43,083 nt of DNA, from positions 1 through 43,083 of the IMG/VR virus record IMGVR_UViG_3300037247_000567; one strand, given 5' to 3'. The stretch comes from a virus. The notes under the pieces were generated by a model. It was not told the origin of the DNA, made no database searches, and worked only from the letters and a program-made list of their open reading frames with translations. Position numbers and translations under genes: made by a program. Shown here one piece after another: positions 17,958 to 26,011 of this stretch. Every line of letters begins with the position of its first letter. Positions within the stretch are counted from its first letter, which is position 1.

Positions 17958-19447
17958 TGGGCCTCACCTCTTTCCCTGAGCCTGATGTAGTAACCCCCAC
18001 AAGGACAGCCTTTGGAGAGCAGGCCACTGCCGAGCCTACGCCTGTTGTCCAGCTTCAGTTTCCATACAACATCAACACTGACCTCGTAGAGAAACGAGAG
18101 AACAACTTGGGGTCGATTACCCAGGGCACAGGCATGGCGGTGATACAGAGCGGAGCCTCGTCAAACTCAGCAGCCCATATGCTCTCCCGCATACCCGTCA
18201 AGTACAACCCCGGCCAGGGGGCTCTCGTAAGATTCACTGCCCTTTTCACGTCGGGAGCAGCCAACTCTACTCAACTTGCAGGAGTTGGGGAAGTGGGAGA
18301 CGGACTCTTCTTCGGGTTTAACGGAACGGCGTTCTCAATTCTCAGGAGAGAGAAGGGTGTACCGGAGATTCAGACCCTTAGCATTAGTGCGGGGGCGGTA
18401 ACAGCATCGGGCACAATCACAATCAACCTTGATGGTGTCTCCAAGACCCTTGAGCTAGTCGAAGACGACACCGCTAGGGAAGTCGCCGTGAAGATTGCAG
18501 ACACCGACTTCTCCGACACCGGACTTGGCTGGAGCGCGACCGTCAACAACGCCACAGTCATCTTCAAGGCGTGGAGCGACGGGAACAAGAGCAGCACTTT
18601 CTCTCTAGTTGACACAGACACGACTGGGGCCGCGGGAACGTTCGCGGAAACAGTCGCGGGTGTATCAACCACAAACAACTTCACTGCCCAGTCAAGCTGG
18701 AACGTGGACACCTTTGACGGCAACGGGCCTTCTGGGGTTACTCTTGACCCAGCCAAGGGGAATGTCTACGAGATCAAGTATCAGTGGCTCGGATTTGGGC
18801 TTATTACGTTTTCAATCGAAGATCCTGCTGATGGTGACTATCACGTAGCCCACCGGATCGCGTACTCGAATGCGAACACCGAGCCTTCCTTGCAGAACCC
18901 CACGCTGCCTCTTCACATCATGTCAAAGAACACGAGCAATACCTCTAATCTGACTGTGAAGACCTCCTCTATGGCTGGCTTCGTAGAGGGGAAGAACGCT
19001 GCACTGTCTATCCTAAACGCCAAGAGCAATAACATCACGGGCTTGGCGACGACGGAACTCCCCGTCCTGAGCGTCAAGAACAGGATCGTGCATCAAAGCT
19101 CTCTGAACCGAGTGGCTGTAAAGCCAGAGTTTGTCTCCCTGGCTACAGAGGGAAACAAGCCTACTATCTTCAGGATTAGGCTGAACCCCGTACTCACGGG
19201 AACTCCCGCGTTTGCTGACGTGGATGCTGCTACTTCGGTTGTTGCGACCGACGCCGCAGCCAGCGGTGTGTCGGGTGGGAGGGAACTCCTCACGACGGTT
19301 CTAGGGAAGACAGACTCAGAGCTAATCAACTTCCATGAACTGGACAAACAATTAGAGCCAGGGGACGTTCTGTGCATTACGGCAGAAGCTACTAGCGGCA
19401 GCGCCCAAGAAGCGACTGTCTCACTTACATGGAATGAGTTGTTCTAG
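17957..19447 (+). CDS. Tail/receptor-binding-like structural protein (496 aa)
   Basis: TAATG overlap start; the track start 17933 overlaps the upstream gene. Beta-rich, and the last large gene of the structural operon. Confidence 0.65.
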   Translation: MGLTSFPEPDVVTPTRTAFGEQATAEPTPVVQLQFPYNINTDLVEKRENNLGSITQGTGMAVIQSGASSNSAAHMLSRIPVKYNPGQGALVRFTALFTSGAANSTQLAGVGEVGDGLFFGFNGTAFSILRREKGVPEIQTLSISAGAVTASGTITINLDGVSKTLELVEDDTAREVAVKIADTDFSDTGLGWSATVNNATVIFKAWSDGNKSSTFSLVDTDTTGAAGTFAETVAGVSTTNNFTAQSSWNVDTFDGNGPSGVTLDPAKGNVYEIKYQWLGFGLITFSIEDPADGDYHVAHRIAYSNANTEPSLQNPTLPLHIMSKNTSNTSNLTVKTSSMAGFVEGKNAALSILNAKSNNITGLATTELPVLSVKNRIVHQSSLNRVAVKPEFVSLATEGNKPTIFRIRLNPVLTGTPAFADVDAATSVVATDAAASGVSGGRELLTTVLGKTDSELINFHELDKQLEPGDVLCITAEATSGSAQEATVSLTWNELF

Positions 19448-19454
19448 GAGAGTT

Positions 19455-19703
19455 ATGCCCACCATTTCATTTAATCTGACAGCCAAACAGGCGGCCCGTA
19501 TCCAAGAGGCCACCGACATCTACAACGCCGCCACGGACGAGAACATCAGCCCTAAGAGGTGGGCGTTGCTGTCCATCAAGGGCGCGGTACAGGTGACCAT
19601 TCTGGGTGAGACGGACTTCATAGGGCAGGCCGAGGCCGACTCACAGGCTGCAGAGTTCGCGGCAAGAACCGCCATCGAGTCCGACTTGGAGGGAAACGCA
19701 TGA
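19455..19703 (+). CDS. Hypothetical protein (82 aa)
   Basis: ATG 19455 is preceded by AGGAGAG; the track start 19434 is judged too early. Confidence 0.6.
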   Translation: MPTISFNLTAKQAARIQEATDIYNAATDENISPKRWALLSIKGAVQVTILGETDFIGQAEADSQAAEFAARTAIESDLEGNA

Positions 19704-19879
19704 ACGTAGAGCTGAGTCCAGAGGAAGCCCAGAACCTTATCGCCTTCATCAACGCCTACCCCGCCAAGGAGCAGGCGCAAGAGGTGGCGGTGATGCTGAA
19801 GCTCAAGTTGACTAAGGCGATACAGGACGATGTCCCTGTCCCATTGCGTGATGGGGCGAAGGAGCCAGCCGAGGCTTGA
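19700..19879 (+). CDS. Hypothetical protein (59 aa; below the track size cut-off)
   Basis: ATGA overlap with the upstream stop. Translation MNVELSPEEAQNLIAFINAYPAKEQAQEV... Last ORF before the terminator. Confidence 0.55.
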   Translation: MNVELSPEEAQNLIAFINAYPAKEQAQEVAVMLKLKLTKAIQDDVPVPLRDGAKEPAEA

Positions 19880-19926
19880 CACGGGTGCTATCCTAAGGGT
19901 GCGCGTGCTGCGCGCAGCAGATTCTT

Positions 19927-20018
19927 CCCCGCCGTTCGGGCGCAGGGGACACGGGCCGCCCCACTGGGTGGGAGCCGTCCCCAAGGCCACCCGTACTGGC
20001 GGGGCTTTTCTTTTTCTC
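19927..20018 (+). terminator. Compound GC-rich hairpin structure followed by a U-rich tract; end of the late operon
   Basis: Outer stem CCCCGCC (19927-33) pairs with GGCGGGG (19998-20004). It encloses a nested hairpin, GGGGAC..GGC..CCCAC tgg GTGGG..GCC GTCCCC (19945-19982). This is followed by CTTTTCTTTTTCTC. An extra GCGCG/CGCGC hairpin lies at 19901-19915. Confidence 0.6.
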
Positions 20019-20073
20019 TGCAATCGTAGCTGCCGCTAATTTCAAAATACCCCATAATCCGTCACCTACCCTA

Positions 20074-20101
20074 TTGCTTTCCCTTGTTCCTTCCTTATAA
20101 T
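20074..20101 (+). promoter_or_regulatory. Sigma70-type promoter for the + strand early operon
   Basis: TTGCTT (20074-79), 16-nt spacer, TATAAT (20096-20101), in the most AT-rich stretch of the window, 10 nt upstream of the ATG at 20112. Confidence 0.6.
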
Positions 20102-20111
20102 GATAGCCAAG

Positions 20112-20237
20112 ATGACAACAATGATTAGAGAACTCGCCTGCCTGCGGTGCGGCGCAACTTGGTATCCGCGTAAGCCAGGGAAGCCGAAGGCGTGCCCCAA
20201 CTGCAAGTCGCGGAAATGGGATGAGGTGAAGGTGTGA
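20112..20237 (+). CDS. Zinc-ribbon mini-protein (41 aa), first gene of the early operon
   Basis: MTTMIRELACLRCGATWYPRKPGKPKACPNCKSRKWDEVKV, with CxxC...CPxC. Paralog of the minus-strand gene 35601..35729. Confidence 0.6.
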   Translation: MTTMIRELACLRCGATWYPRKPGKPKACPNCKSRKWDEVKV

Positions 20238-20461
20238 CAACCCAACTCCCCCTCACCCGCCCGACGCAGAAAGACCGCGTACTGGCTCAATTACGTGATG
20301 GGCCAACATGCGGCACCGAATTCCTGGGAATGCACATCCCCCGATACGGAGGAAGAATCCTGGAACTGCGGCAAGAAGGCCACAACATCACCAACGAGCC
20401 ATGCTTTAAGCATCAGCACTATTCCAGGCAGACAATCTATAGGCTTAGGGGGCTGGCGTAA
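20234..20461 (+). CDS. Winged-helix/HTH_39-like DNA-binding protein (75 aa)
   Basis: GTGA overlap start. QKDRVLAQLRDGPTCGTEF...RYGGRILELRQEGHNI resembles the phage HTH_39 pattern. Confidence 0.5.
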   Translation: MTTQLPLTRPTQKDRVLAQLRDGPTCGTEFLGMHIPRYGGRILELRQEGHNITNEPCFKHQHYSRQTIYRLRGLA

Positions 20462-20862
20462 TGGGTTGCGACATCCATCCCTATATCCAATACAAAGCCG
20501 AACACGAGTGGTTAGTTGGCTGGAGTGTTGAGATAGGCCGCAATTACGACCTCTTCGGTCTCATGGCCGGTGTCCGTGGCGGGGCTGAGCCAGTAGCTGA
20601 TGTCCGTGGCTTGCCCGGCAGAGTAGCTTGGCTTATCGACGATGAGGCGTTCCTTTATGAGGATGGCGAGAGGCGTCTCGACCCTGACGGACACACTCAC
20701 TCCTGGCTCACCATCGACGAATTACGTGAAGTCCACAAGCGCTATCACAGCTCGACGGACGCCCTATACCCAGAGTGGGAGCTTCAACTCATCTTAACTG
20801 CGATGGAAGGCATGGCGAAACAGGGCCGTGAACCCATCCTAGTATTCTGGTTCGACAATTGA
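20461..20862 (+). CDS. Hypothetical protein with N-terminal MGCDIH motif (133 aa)
   Basis: TAATG overlap start. MGCDIH...RNYDLFGLMAGVRG...RGLP resembles uncharacterised phage proteins I recall. No function known. Confidence 0.65.
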   Translation: MGCDIHPYIQYKAEHEWLVGWSVEIGRNYDLFGLMAGVRGGAEPVADVRGLPGRVAWLIDDEAFLYEDGERRLDPDGHTHSWLTIDELREVHKRYHSSTDALYPEWELQLILTAMEGMAKQGREPILVFWFDN

Positions 20863-20970
20863 TGACTCCTTTATCCAGCACGATTCCCAACGCGACCTCA
20901 GCCCTGCACCCCCAGGTTGGGGGTCGCGCCGGACGAAGGAGTATCAGAGAGAAAGGAGTTTGGGAGCGTG

Positions 20971-21090
20971 ATGGTGCAGGAGGGGGTACTCCCTTATCCT
21001 CTCCTGTCTCTTGTGCAGCTCACGAGCAACTTAAACGCAGCCATCTGCGGCTTTTGTCCGGTGGGTTCGTGGGCTGCATTGGAGGAATGA
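20971..21090 (+). CDS. Possible 39-aa protein immediately upstream of fic. The alternative model is the track ORF 20859..21095 in another frame.
   Basis: AAAGGAG RBS 12 nt upstream of the ATG (GTG at 20968 is also possible). It ends 1 nt before the fic ATG. The competing 78-aa frame is Gly/Arg/Ser-rich and lacks an RBS. Confidence 0.35.
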   Translation: MVQEGVLPYPLLSLVQLTSNLNAAICGFCPVGSWAALEE

Positions 21091-21091
21091 G

Positions 21092-21562
21092 ATGAAGGTA
21101 GACGAGTTTATCCGGCTAGAGGTACAGCATCAGGGCTTCGACTTGGCGACACAGCGGGGCCAGAACCGTGTCAAGTGGATGGCGGAGGCGTGGGAACACG
21201 CGACTTGGGTGAAACAAAAAGGCGGCCCAAAGACTAGCCAGCCTTGTGCTGGCTGTGCCGAAGAGCTTGGCAAACTTGTAGAGCACGAGAAGAACCGCAA
21301 CGGATTTCGCACCGCTGTCAATGTTCGGGTGGGGAATAGGTTTGCGCCCCACTACGGCGACGTTCGCTACCTTATGGAGCTTCTTGAACGGTGGGAGCCA
21401 GAGGACGAGGAAGAGTGCTTGGAGTGGTATCGCTGCTTTGAGATCATTCACCCATTCATCGACGGTAACGGGCGCGTCGGGAAGATTCTCTACAACTGGT
21501 GGCTGGACAAACTAGACGACCCTGAAATGCCGCCTGACCTATTTGGGGGAGGTGTGCCATGA
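21092..21562 (+). CDS. Fic-domain protein (minimal, 156 aa), predicted AMPylase-type enzyme
   Basis: Core motif HPFIDGNGRVGK matches HxFx(D/E)GNGRxxR, with terminal K in place of R. Upstream FRTAVNVRVGNRFAPHYGDV fits the Fic fold context. GGAGGA RBS. Confidence 0.8.
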   Translation: MKVDEFIRLEVQHQGFDLATQRGQNRVKWMAEAWEHATWVKQKGGPKTSQPCAGCAEELGKLVEHEKNRNGFRTAVNVRVGNRFAPHYGDVRYLMELLERWEPEDEEECLEWYRCFEIIHPFIDGNGRVGKILYNWWLDKLDDPEMPPDLFGGGVP

Positions 21563-21921
21563 CCCAATCCGCCACTGACATGTCCAACTGCACCCACGGC
21601 CCCAAGAAGGACTGCGCCGAGTGCCTTGTCGCTGAAATGGCGATGGCGCTGGACTTTGCGAGTGCGTACGCACACAACCGCGGCATACATGGCGCACCGT
21701 TCTCCCGGTGCGGCTTTGAGGTGTGCATGAAGGCCCGCGCCGTCTTGGAGAAGGCATTGTATGTCGGCCCGCCCGAAGTGCCGCTAGACCACGGCCATCC
21801 CCATGAGGCGTGTGAGGACTGTAGCGGCAAGGGCTCGTTCTGGAAGGCAAAGTCAGGCGGCAGCTTGAGCGGGAGCCGCGAGCTATGTTCTCGCTGTCAA
21901 GGAACAGGAGTCCAGGCATGA
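21559..21921 (+). CDS. Cys-rich protein with two DnaJ-type CxxCxGxG zinc knuckles (120 aa)
   Basis: ATGA overlap with the fic stop. Motifs CEDCSGKG and CSRCQGTG, plus an N-terminal C-x7-CAEC. Confidence 0.7.
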   Translation: MTQSATDMSNCTHGPKKDCAECLVAEMAMALDFASAYAHNRGIHGAPFSRCGFEVCMKARAVLEKALYVGPPEVPLDHGHPHEACEDCSGKGSFWKAKSGGSLSGSRELCSRCQGTGVQA

Positions 21922-22130
21922 GTGACCCTTGGGAGAAGGCTTACGTGTATGGGCGAATGCGTGGTGGAGGGCCGCGTGTCGCACATATTGTATCGGGTCA
22001 ACTCCCGTACCAGTTCCGCCCACATGCACTCTGCCTGATGCAGCCTCACCACCTGAGCCGCGTCCCTAAACCCTACGGTATCTGTAAACCGTGCCTGAAG
22101 ACAAAGCGAGCGAAGGAGCTAGGGCTGTGA
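21918..22130 (+). CDS. Hypothetical protein (70 aa)
   Basis: ATGA overlap start at 21918; the track start 21885 is judged too early. Confidence 0.55.
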   Translation: MSDPWEKAYVYGRMRGGGPRVAHIVSGQLPYQFRPHALCLMQPHHLSRVPKPYGICKPCLKTKRAKELGL

Positions 22131-22477
22131 CGGAGTACGCCGTCCTCTCTCCCGTTACCGATGGGGAGATAGTCCGCTATCGAGATAAGGCCATCTGGGT
22201 GCAATGCCCCGACTGTGGCCCCCGGCGCCCGCGTGTGAAGCCGCATTTTGACCACTTCATCGCCACCGTCGAGTCTCCGAAGGACGCCTACGAATGCAGT
22301 CTCTTGACGTGCTCCAACTGCGGCGAGAAAGCGCCCTACCGCAAGGCCAAGATTCCCACAAACGGCAAGGGGAAGTGCGGCTCAAAGTGCTGGAACGGCA
22401 AGACTATCTGTGCCTGTATCTGCGCTGGTAAATGTCATGGGGAAGGTAAATGTCGAGGTGGACATGAAGGAGGGTGA
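22127..22477 (+). CDS. Cys-rich zinc-binding-like protein (116 aa)
   Basis: GTGA overlap start. Motifs CPDC, CSNC and a C-terminal KCGSKCWNGKTICACICAGKCHGEGKC cluster. Confidence 0.55.
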   Translation: MTEYAVLSPVTDGEIVRYRDKAIWVQCPDCGPRRPRVKPHFDHFIATVESPKDAYECSLLTCSNCGEKAPYRKAKIPTNGKGKCGSKCWNGKTICACICAGKCHGEGKCRGGHEGG

Positions 22478-22667
22478 CGTGATTGTAGTAGAGTTGGCAA
22501 AGGACGTGGAGCTGCTGCGTGAGGCGCTAGAGGCGCTAGGGGCGCTGGCCGAATATTCGCACGACTGGCACGAGCCAGACGGCAGCCCCATTCTTGGCCT
22601 TGAGGACGCCAATCGCAAGGCCCGCGCCGCCATCACGAAATTGGAAGAGCGCCTACTCAGAGAGTGA
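22464..22667 (+). CDS. Hypothetical helical protein (67 aa)
   Basis: ATG 22464 after GAGGTGG. Alternative upstream starts exist (track 22410). Confidence 0.5.
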   Translation: MKEGDVIVVELAKDVELLREALEALGALAEYSHDWHEPDGSPILGLEDANRKARAAITKLEERLLRE

Positions 22668-22861
22668 GAAGGGATACAGTCATGAGTTGCTGCGAATCTC
22701 GTGAAGACCCAATCGGTTGCTGCGGCGAAGGCTGCTCCCACAAGGATGAGTTTGATGCTTGGGTTGCTCAAAATGTGGCGGCAGATGCCGAGCGAGAGAT
22801 GGCAGAAGCCGCCGCTCTGCACCTGTACGAGACGATACGACTAGCCAAGAAGGGGGCGTAA
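22664..22861 (+). CDS. Hypothetical Cys-rich protein (65 aa; alternative start ATG 22682)
   Basis: GTGA overlap start. CCESREDPIGCCGEGC cluster. Confidence 0.5.
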   Translation: MRRDTVMSCCESREDPIGCCGEGCSHKDEFDAWVAQNVAADAEREMAEAAALHLYETIRLAKKGA

Positions 22862-23317
22862 ATGCCTGAGCACAAGGGAAGTGTCGTAGCCCAGAGTCAG
22901 TATGGCATCAAGTTCTCAGAGAACGGGCCTTGGTTCAACTGGGCCAAGGGGGAAAAGCAGGGCAAGCCGTTCGATGACGTAGATAAGGGCGATAGCGTCC
23001 GCATGGAATACGACACCTGGGACAAGAAGGACGGAAGCAAGGGTTATACCGTCTACGTCATTGAAAACCTGTCCCGCTCGCAGGGCGTACCAGACGACCC
23101 GTTCCCACAAGAGGACGGCCCCTTCCCGCCCGAAGAGGCCCCAGACGCCACCGGTGAGCCCGTAGCGCCCGCCATAGACAAAGACCACCTCATCGTGCGG
23201 CAGGCGTGTATCAAGGCAGCCTGTGAAGCTCTGGCTATCTCTCCACTGGACTCGGAAGAGAAGACGGGGCGAATTACCTACCTTGCGGGCGTATTCGAGG
23301 ACTGGTGCTGGCGGTGA
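22862..23317 (+). CDS. Hypothetical protein, possibly OB-fold/ssDNA-binding-like (151 aa)
   Basis: The ATG directly follows the upstream TAA. The N-terminal beta-rich half (GIKFSENGPWFNWAKGEKQGKPFDDVDKGDSVRMEY) and a Pro/Asp-rich linker suggest an OB-like domain. Weak guess. Confidence 0.35.
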   Translation: MPEHKGSVVAQSQYGIKFSENGPWFNWAKGEKQGKPFDDVDKGDSVRMEYDTWDKKDGSKGYTVYVIENLSRSQGVPDDPFPQEDGPFPPEEAPDATGEPVAPAIDKDHLIVRQACIKAACEALAISPLDSEEKTGRITYLAGVFEDWCWR

Positions 23318-23604
23318 GTGACCCAAGAGAGGGTCTGCCGCCGTGCACGAGCCTTGTTATATTCGAGGACAGGATGGTGGCCTTGATAGACCAAGAGGTT
23401 TGTCAGCATGATTGGGGCGACGGTCGCTTTCGATTGCATCGCGGCATAACCAATGGTAGCCGAGAGCCTCACCCTGGTCATCCTGAATTGTTCATGCCTG
23501 GAGCTGCGAGCGTGGGACGTGTTCAGGCAACCGACGACCCCGACGAAGCCCAAGCCGCCTTTGACAAAGGGGCTGAATGGGTGCGGACAGGGGAAATGGC
23601 GTGA
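23314..23604 (+). CDS. Hypothetical protein (96 aa; alternative start ATG 23374 with GAGGA RBS)
   Basis: GTGA overlap with the upstream stop. Confidence 0.5.
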   Translation: MSDPREGLPPCTSLVIFEDRMVALIDQEVCQHDWGDGRFRLHRGITNGSREPHPGHPELFMPGAASVGRVQATDDPDEAQAAFDKGAEWVRTGEMA

Positions 23605-24248
23605 TGTTCAGGAGAAAGAAGAAAGACCCGCCGCCTGACCCATCTGCCGCTAACGTTTTTGGTATAGCATTTCCCTCACCTCAGCCTGTGTCAAGTTTCG
23701 CCAGCGGGGGCGTGGCTGGCAGTCCCCCTCAGCCAAGCCTTAGCACCATACAAAGCAGCCTCCGGGGACTTGTGTCGCAAAAAATAATGCAGCAAATGAT
23801 GGGCGTTGACGAAACGTCTAATCCGGAGCCAAAGGAAGAACCTAAAACGGTAGTCGGGCTCACGGGCTATCGGCTCTATACCTTGGATAACGAGCTGTAT
23901 CTGTGTGGGGCAAGAGCCATACGACAAGAAGCCAGAGAGTCAGAGCAGGCCCAGCACAAGGCAACGGGTGAGTATAGCGGGTTGGGCCCTACACAAGAGC
24001 ATCCTGCGCCAGCATGGGGCTGCCTATGTGGGTTCGCCGCCTTCTTTTGGCCTACCTCGCTTGAGCAACCCGACTGGCACGGTGTATTGGCGGAGGTGCA
24101 GGCTGGCGGTAGGACTATCTGCTGTGACGAGGGGTGGCGGGCGGAGCGCATCGCTCTTAATAGGCTATGGGTTTCGTGCCCCATCTTCCCCGACGCGGCC
24201 CTAGAGATTCTTCGGAAGCGGTACGAGGTTCCAGTGGAGGTGCTATGA
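23604..24248 (+). CDS. Hypothetical protein with a disordered Pro/Ser-rich N-terminus and a Cys/His C-terminal domain (214 aa)
   Basis: ATG overlaps the upstream TGA (TGATG). The C-terminal HPAPAWGCLCGFAAF...GWRAERIAL resembles an uncharacterised family seen in phages. Confidence 0.6.
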   Translation: MFRRKKKDPPPDPSAANVFGIAFPSPQPVSSFASGGVAGSPPQPSLSTIQSSLRGLVSQKIMQQMMGVDETSNPEPKEEPKTVVGLTGYRLYTLDNELYLCGARAIRQEARESEQAQHKATGEYSGLGPTQEHPAPAWGCLCGFAAFFWPTSLEQPDWHGVLAEVQAGGRTICCDEGWRAERIALNRLWVSCPIFPDAALEILRKRYEVPVEVL

Positions 24249-24355
24249 ACGTCGGCAAACCTAAGAAGGTAGTCATTGCTATCCCCGACAGGCAGCCAGC
24301 GCGTGAGCCCGTCACGGAGCCTGTGCCTGAACCTGTGAAGGTGGCTGTTAAGTGA
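24245..24355 (+). CDS. Small Pro/Val/Glu-rich protein (36 aa)
   Basis: ATGA overlap at both ends (24245 and 24352). Confidence 0.45.
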   Translation: MNVGKPKKVVIAIPDRQPAREPVTEPVPEPVKVAVK

Positions 24356-25341
24356 CCGTCACCCGACACCCCACGAGCCAGGACATTCGCGGCAAGTGCC
24401 GAACGAAAGGGTGTCCATTTACCCCCGATGAGCATGAGGAGTGGATGGCGCTTTGCCGACGAGCCCCCGAACACGGCCATCGTGACGACCAGTTATCTCA
24501 CCAACATCATCCCAAGAAGGGGATGGGCGGCAACAATCCAAAATCGAAGATAGTCTCAATTCTTTGCTGGCCGATGCAGGACAGAATCGATAACAGGGAT
24601 TGGGGCAACGCGGTAATCACGACGTTTGAGGACGGGAAACGCATAGAGATATACCGCGCCTGGGACTTACACAACAACACCCTCATTGAACGTGTTGTTG
24701 GGCTGACTGACGATGCCGAGGCGGCTGCGCGTACCCCCGCGCCCCCTTCCGGCCCCTCGGCATCGTCACTGAGCCAAGAGGAGGAAAGCGATGGATCGGT
24801 GGACGATATTCTGCTTGGGCGTGATGGCGGGCGGACTCGAAGCGTTAGTTCTAGTCCTTCTGTTTCGCTAACCCACGAGCAGCGGGTAGCAATCGCCAAG
24901 GAAATCAAGGACGCCCAAGAGCGGAGGGGTTGGCGAGTTGGTGATACGGCAAACCAGTGGGAAGAGGAGCTTGGGGAGGATTTCTGGAACCTCTACGCTA
25001 ACGAGTTTGGGTACACCTATCCCTCGTTGCGAAACCATCAGCGCGTCAGCAGGCAAATTCCCCAGGAGTTACGCAATCCGCATCTAAGCCATTCCCATCA
25101 CGTAATAGTGGCGGGGCTATCGCGCTTGAGCATAGTTTTATGGCTACACAGGTGCGAGATAGAAGAGTGGCCCGTCGCGGAGTTCCGCCGCCAGGTCAAG
25201 GGGACGAAGCCAAAGGTCAAGCAGTGGACAATTCAGGAGATATGGGCTGAGGCGGCGAAGTTCGCCAACACGCAGGGAAAGGAAATCAAGGAGTGGCAGG
25301 TACTCGCGACCTTCCTTGAGTATCTAGGAGATGAGGGATGA
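24352..25341 (+). CDS. Putative DNA-binding protein with an N-terminal Cys/His (HNH-like) region and a C-terminal ParB/KorB-like HTH region (329 aa); largest early-operon protein
   Basis: GTGA overlap start. HQHHPKKGMGGNNPKSKIVSILC is reminiscent of HNH. GDTANQWEEELGEDFW...LRNHQRVSRQIP...LSHSHHVIVAGL is reminiscent of ParB-type DNA-binding modules. Both are weak by-eye calls. Confidence 0.4.
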   Translation: MTVTRHPTSQDIRGKCRTKGCPFTPDEHEEWMALCRRAPEHGHRDDQLSHQHHPKKGMGGNNPKSKIVSILCWPMQDRIDNRDWGNAVITTFEDGKRIEIYRAWDLHNNTLIERVVGLTDDAEAAARTPAPPSGPSASSLSQEEESDGSVDDILLGRDGGRTRSVSSSPSVSLTHEQRVAIAKEIKDAQERRGWRVGDTANQWEEELGEDFWNLYANEFGYTYPSLRNHQRVSRQIPQELRNPHLSHSHHVIVAGLSRLSIVLWLHRCEIEEWPVAEFRRQVKGTKPKVKQWTIQEIWAEAAKFANTQGKEIKEWQVLATFLEYLGDEG

Positions 25342-25442
25342 GCGGCCCACAACAGACCTTGACGCTGACGAAGAAGGGTGAGGCGGCGGCACGGGTATCG
25401 AAGCTATCACGGTTAGCGAGCGAAGGGAGAAAGGCGACATGA
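25338..25442 (+). CDS. Small protein (34 aa)
   Basis: ATGA overlaps at both ends. Confidence 0.45.
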   Translation: MSGPQQTLTLTKKGEAAARVSKLSRLASEGRKAT

Positions 25443-25621
25443 AGTGGCTTGTGACGATTCAGGACGACCAGGCGAAGACGATTAGCTTCGAGGTTGAGGC
25501 GACAGTACTCACATGGACTTCCGTGAAGGCGCTTTTCTCAGACCCAGCCTTCTCGAAACCAGAGTTCGCCATTGACTCTTGCCGACTAGTCAAGGTTGAG
25601 AACGCGGAGAACGCTGCATGA
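25439..25621 (+). CDS. Hypothetical protein (60 aa)
   Basis: ATGA overlap start. Confidence 0.55.
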   Translation: MKWLVTIQDDQAKTISFEVEATVLTWTSVKALFSDPAFSKPEFAIDSCRLVKVENAENAA

Positions 25622-25770
25622 CAACCTACACTGACCGGCTGTGTGTCTGCTGCGGGGAGAAGACCCCCTGGCCCCTGAGGGGAAGTAATGTTTCGCCCCG
25701 GTGTGATGCGTGTCGGCGTGGGTGTAACCCTGAGCGTAGTGAGCCGTGCCAGAAAGGAAAGGTGACATGA
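25618..25770 (+). CDS. Cys-rich mini-protein (50 aa)
   Basis: ATGA overlaps at both ends. Motifs CVCC and CDAC...C...C. Confidence 0.5.
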   Translation: MTTYTDRLCVCCGEKTPWPLRGSNVSPRCDACRRGCNPERSEPCQKGKVT

Positions 25771-25979
25771 GCGAGACTCAAGAGGCCTCACAGCGCCGGG
25801 CGAAGCGAGGAAGGATACGTTCAGTGGTAAAGGCTCGTAATAGGTGGGGTGGGCGAGCCGTTGAGAAGCCAGGCGGGATGGAGCGCGACGAAGAACGACT
25901 AGGCCGCGAAGCACAGAAGGCAGCGGAACAGATGAGAGAGAATGCACAGGCAGCGGGAAAGCCCTCGCCAAAATCGTGA
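25767..25979 (+). CDS. Basic/charged hypothetical protein (70 aa)
   Basis: ATGA overlap start at 25767; the track start 25746 is judged too early. Confidence 0.55.
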   Translation: MSETQEASQRRAKRGRIRSVVKARNRWGGRAVEKPGGMERDEERLGREAQKAAEQMRENAQAAGKPSPKS

Positions 25980-26011
25980 CTCCGAGCAGGTAATCAAGGA
26001 GTGAGAAAGTT

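Noticed and set aside
19927-20004. tRNA-sized (78 nt) element with a 7-bp terminal stem
   Set aside because: On either strand there is no D-arm pairing at positions 10-13/22-25, no GTTCRANYC T-loop and no anticodon-arm geometry. The trailing U-tract fits a terminator instead.
19520-20039. Track ORFs 19520..20023 (-) and 19830..20039 (+) spanning the operon boundary
   Set aside because: They run through the hairpin and terminator structure, lack an RBS, and have an Arg/Pro/Gly-rich composition typical of non-coding GC-rich DNA.
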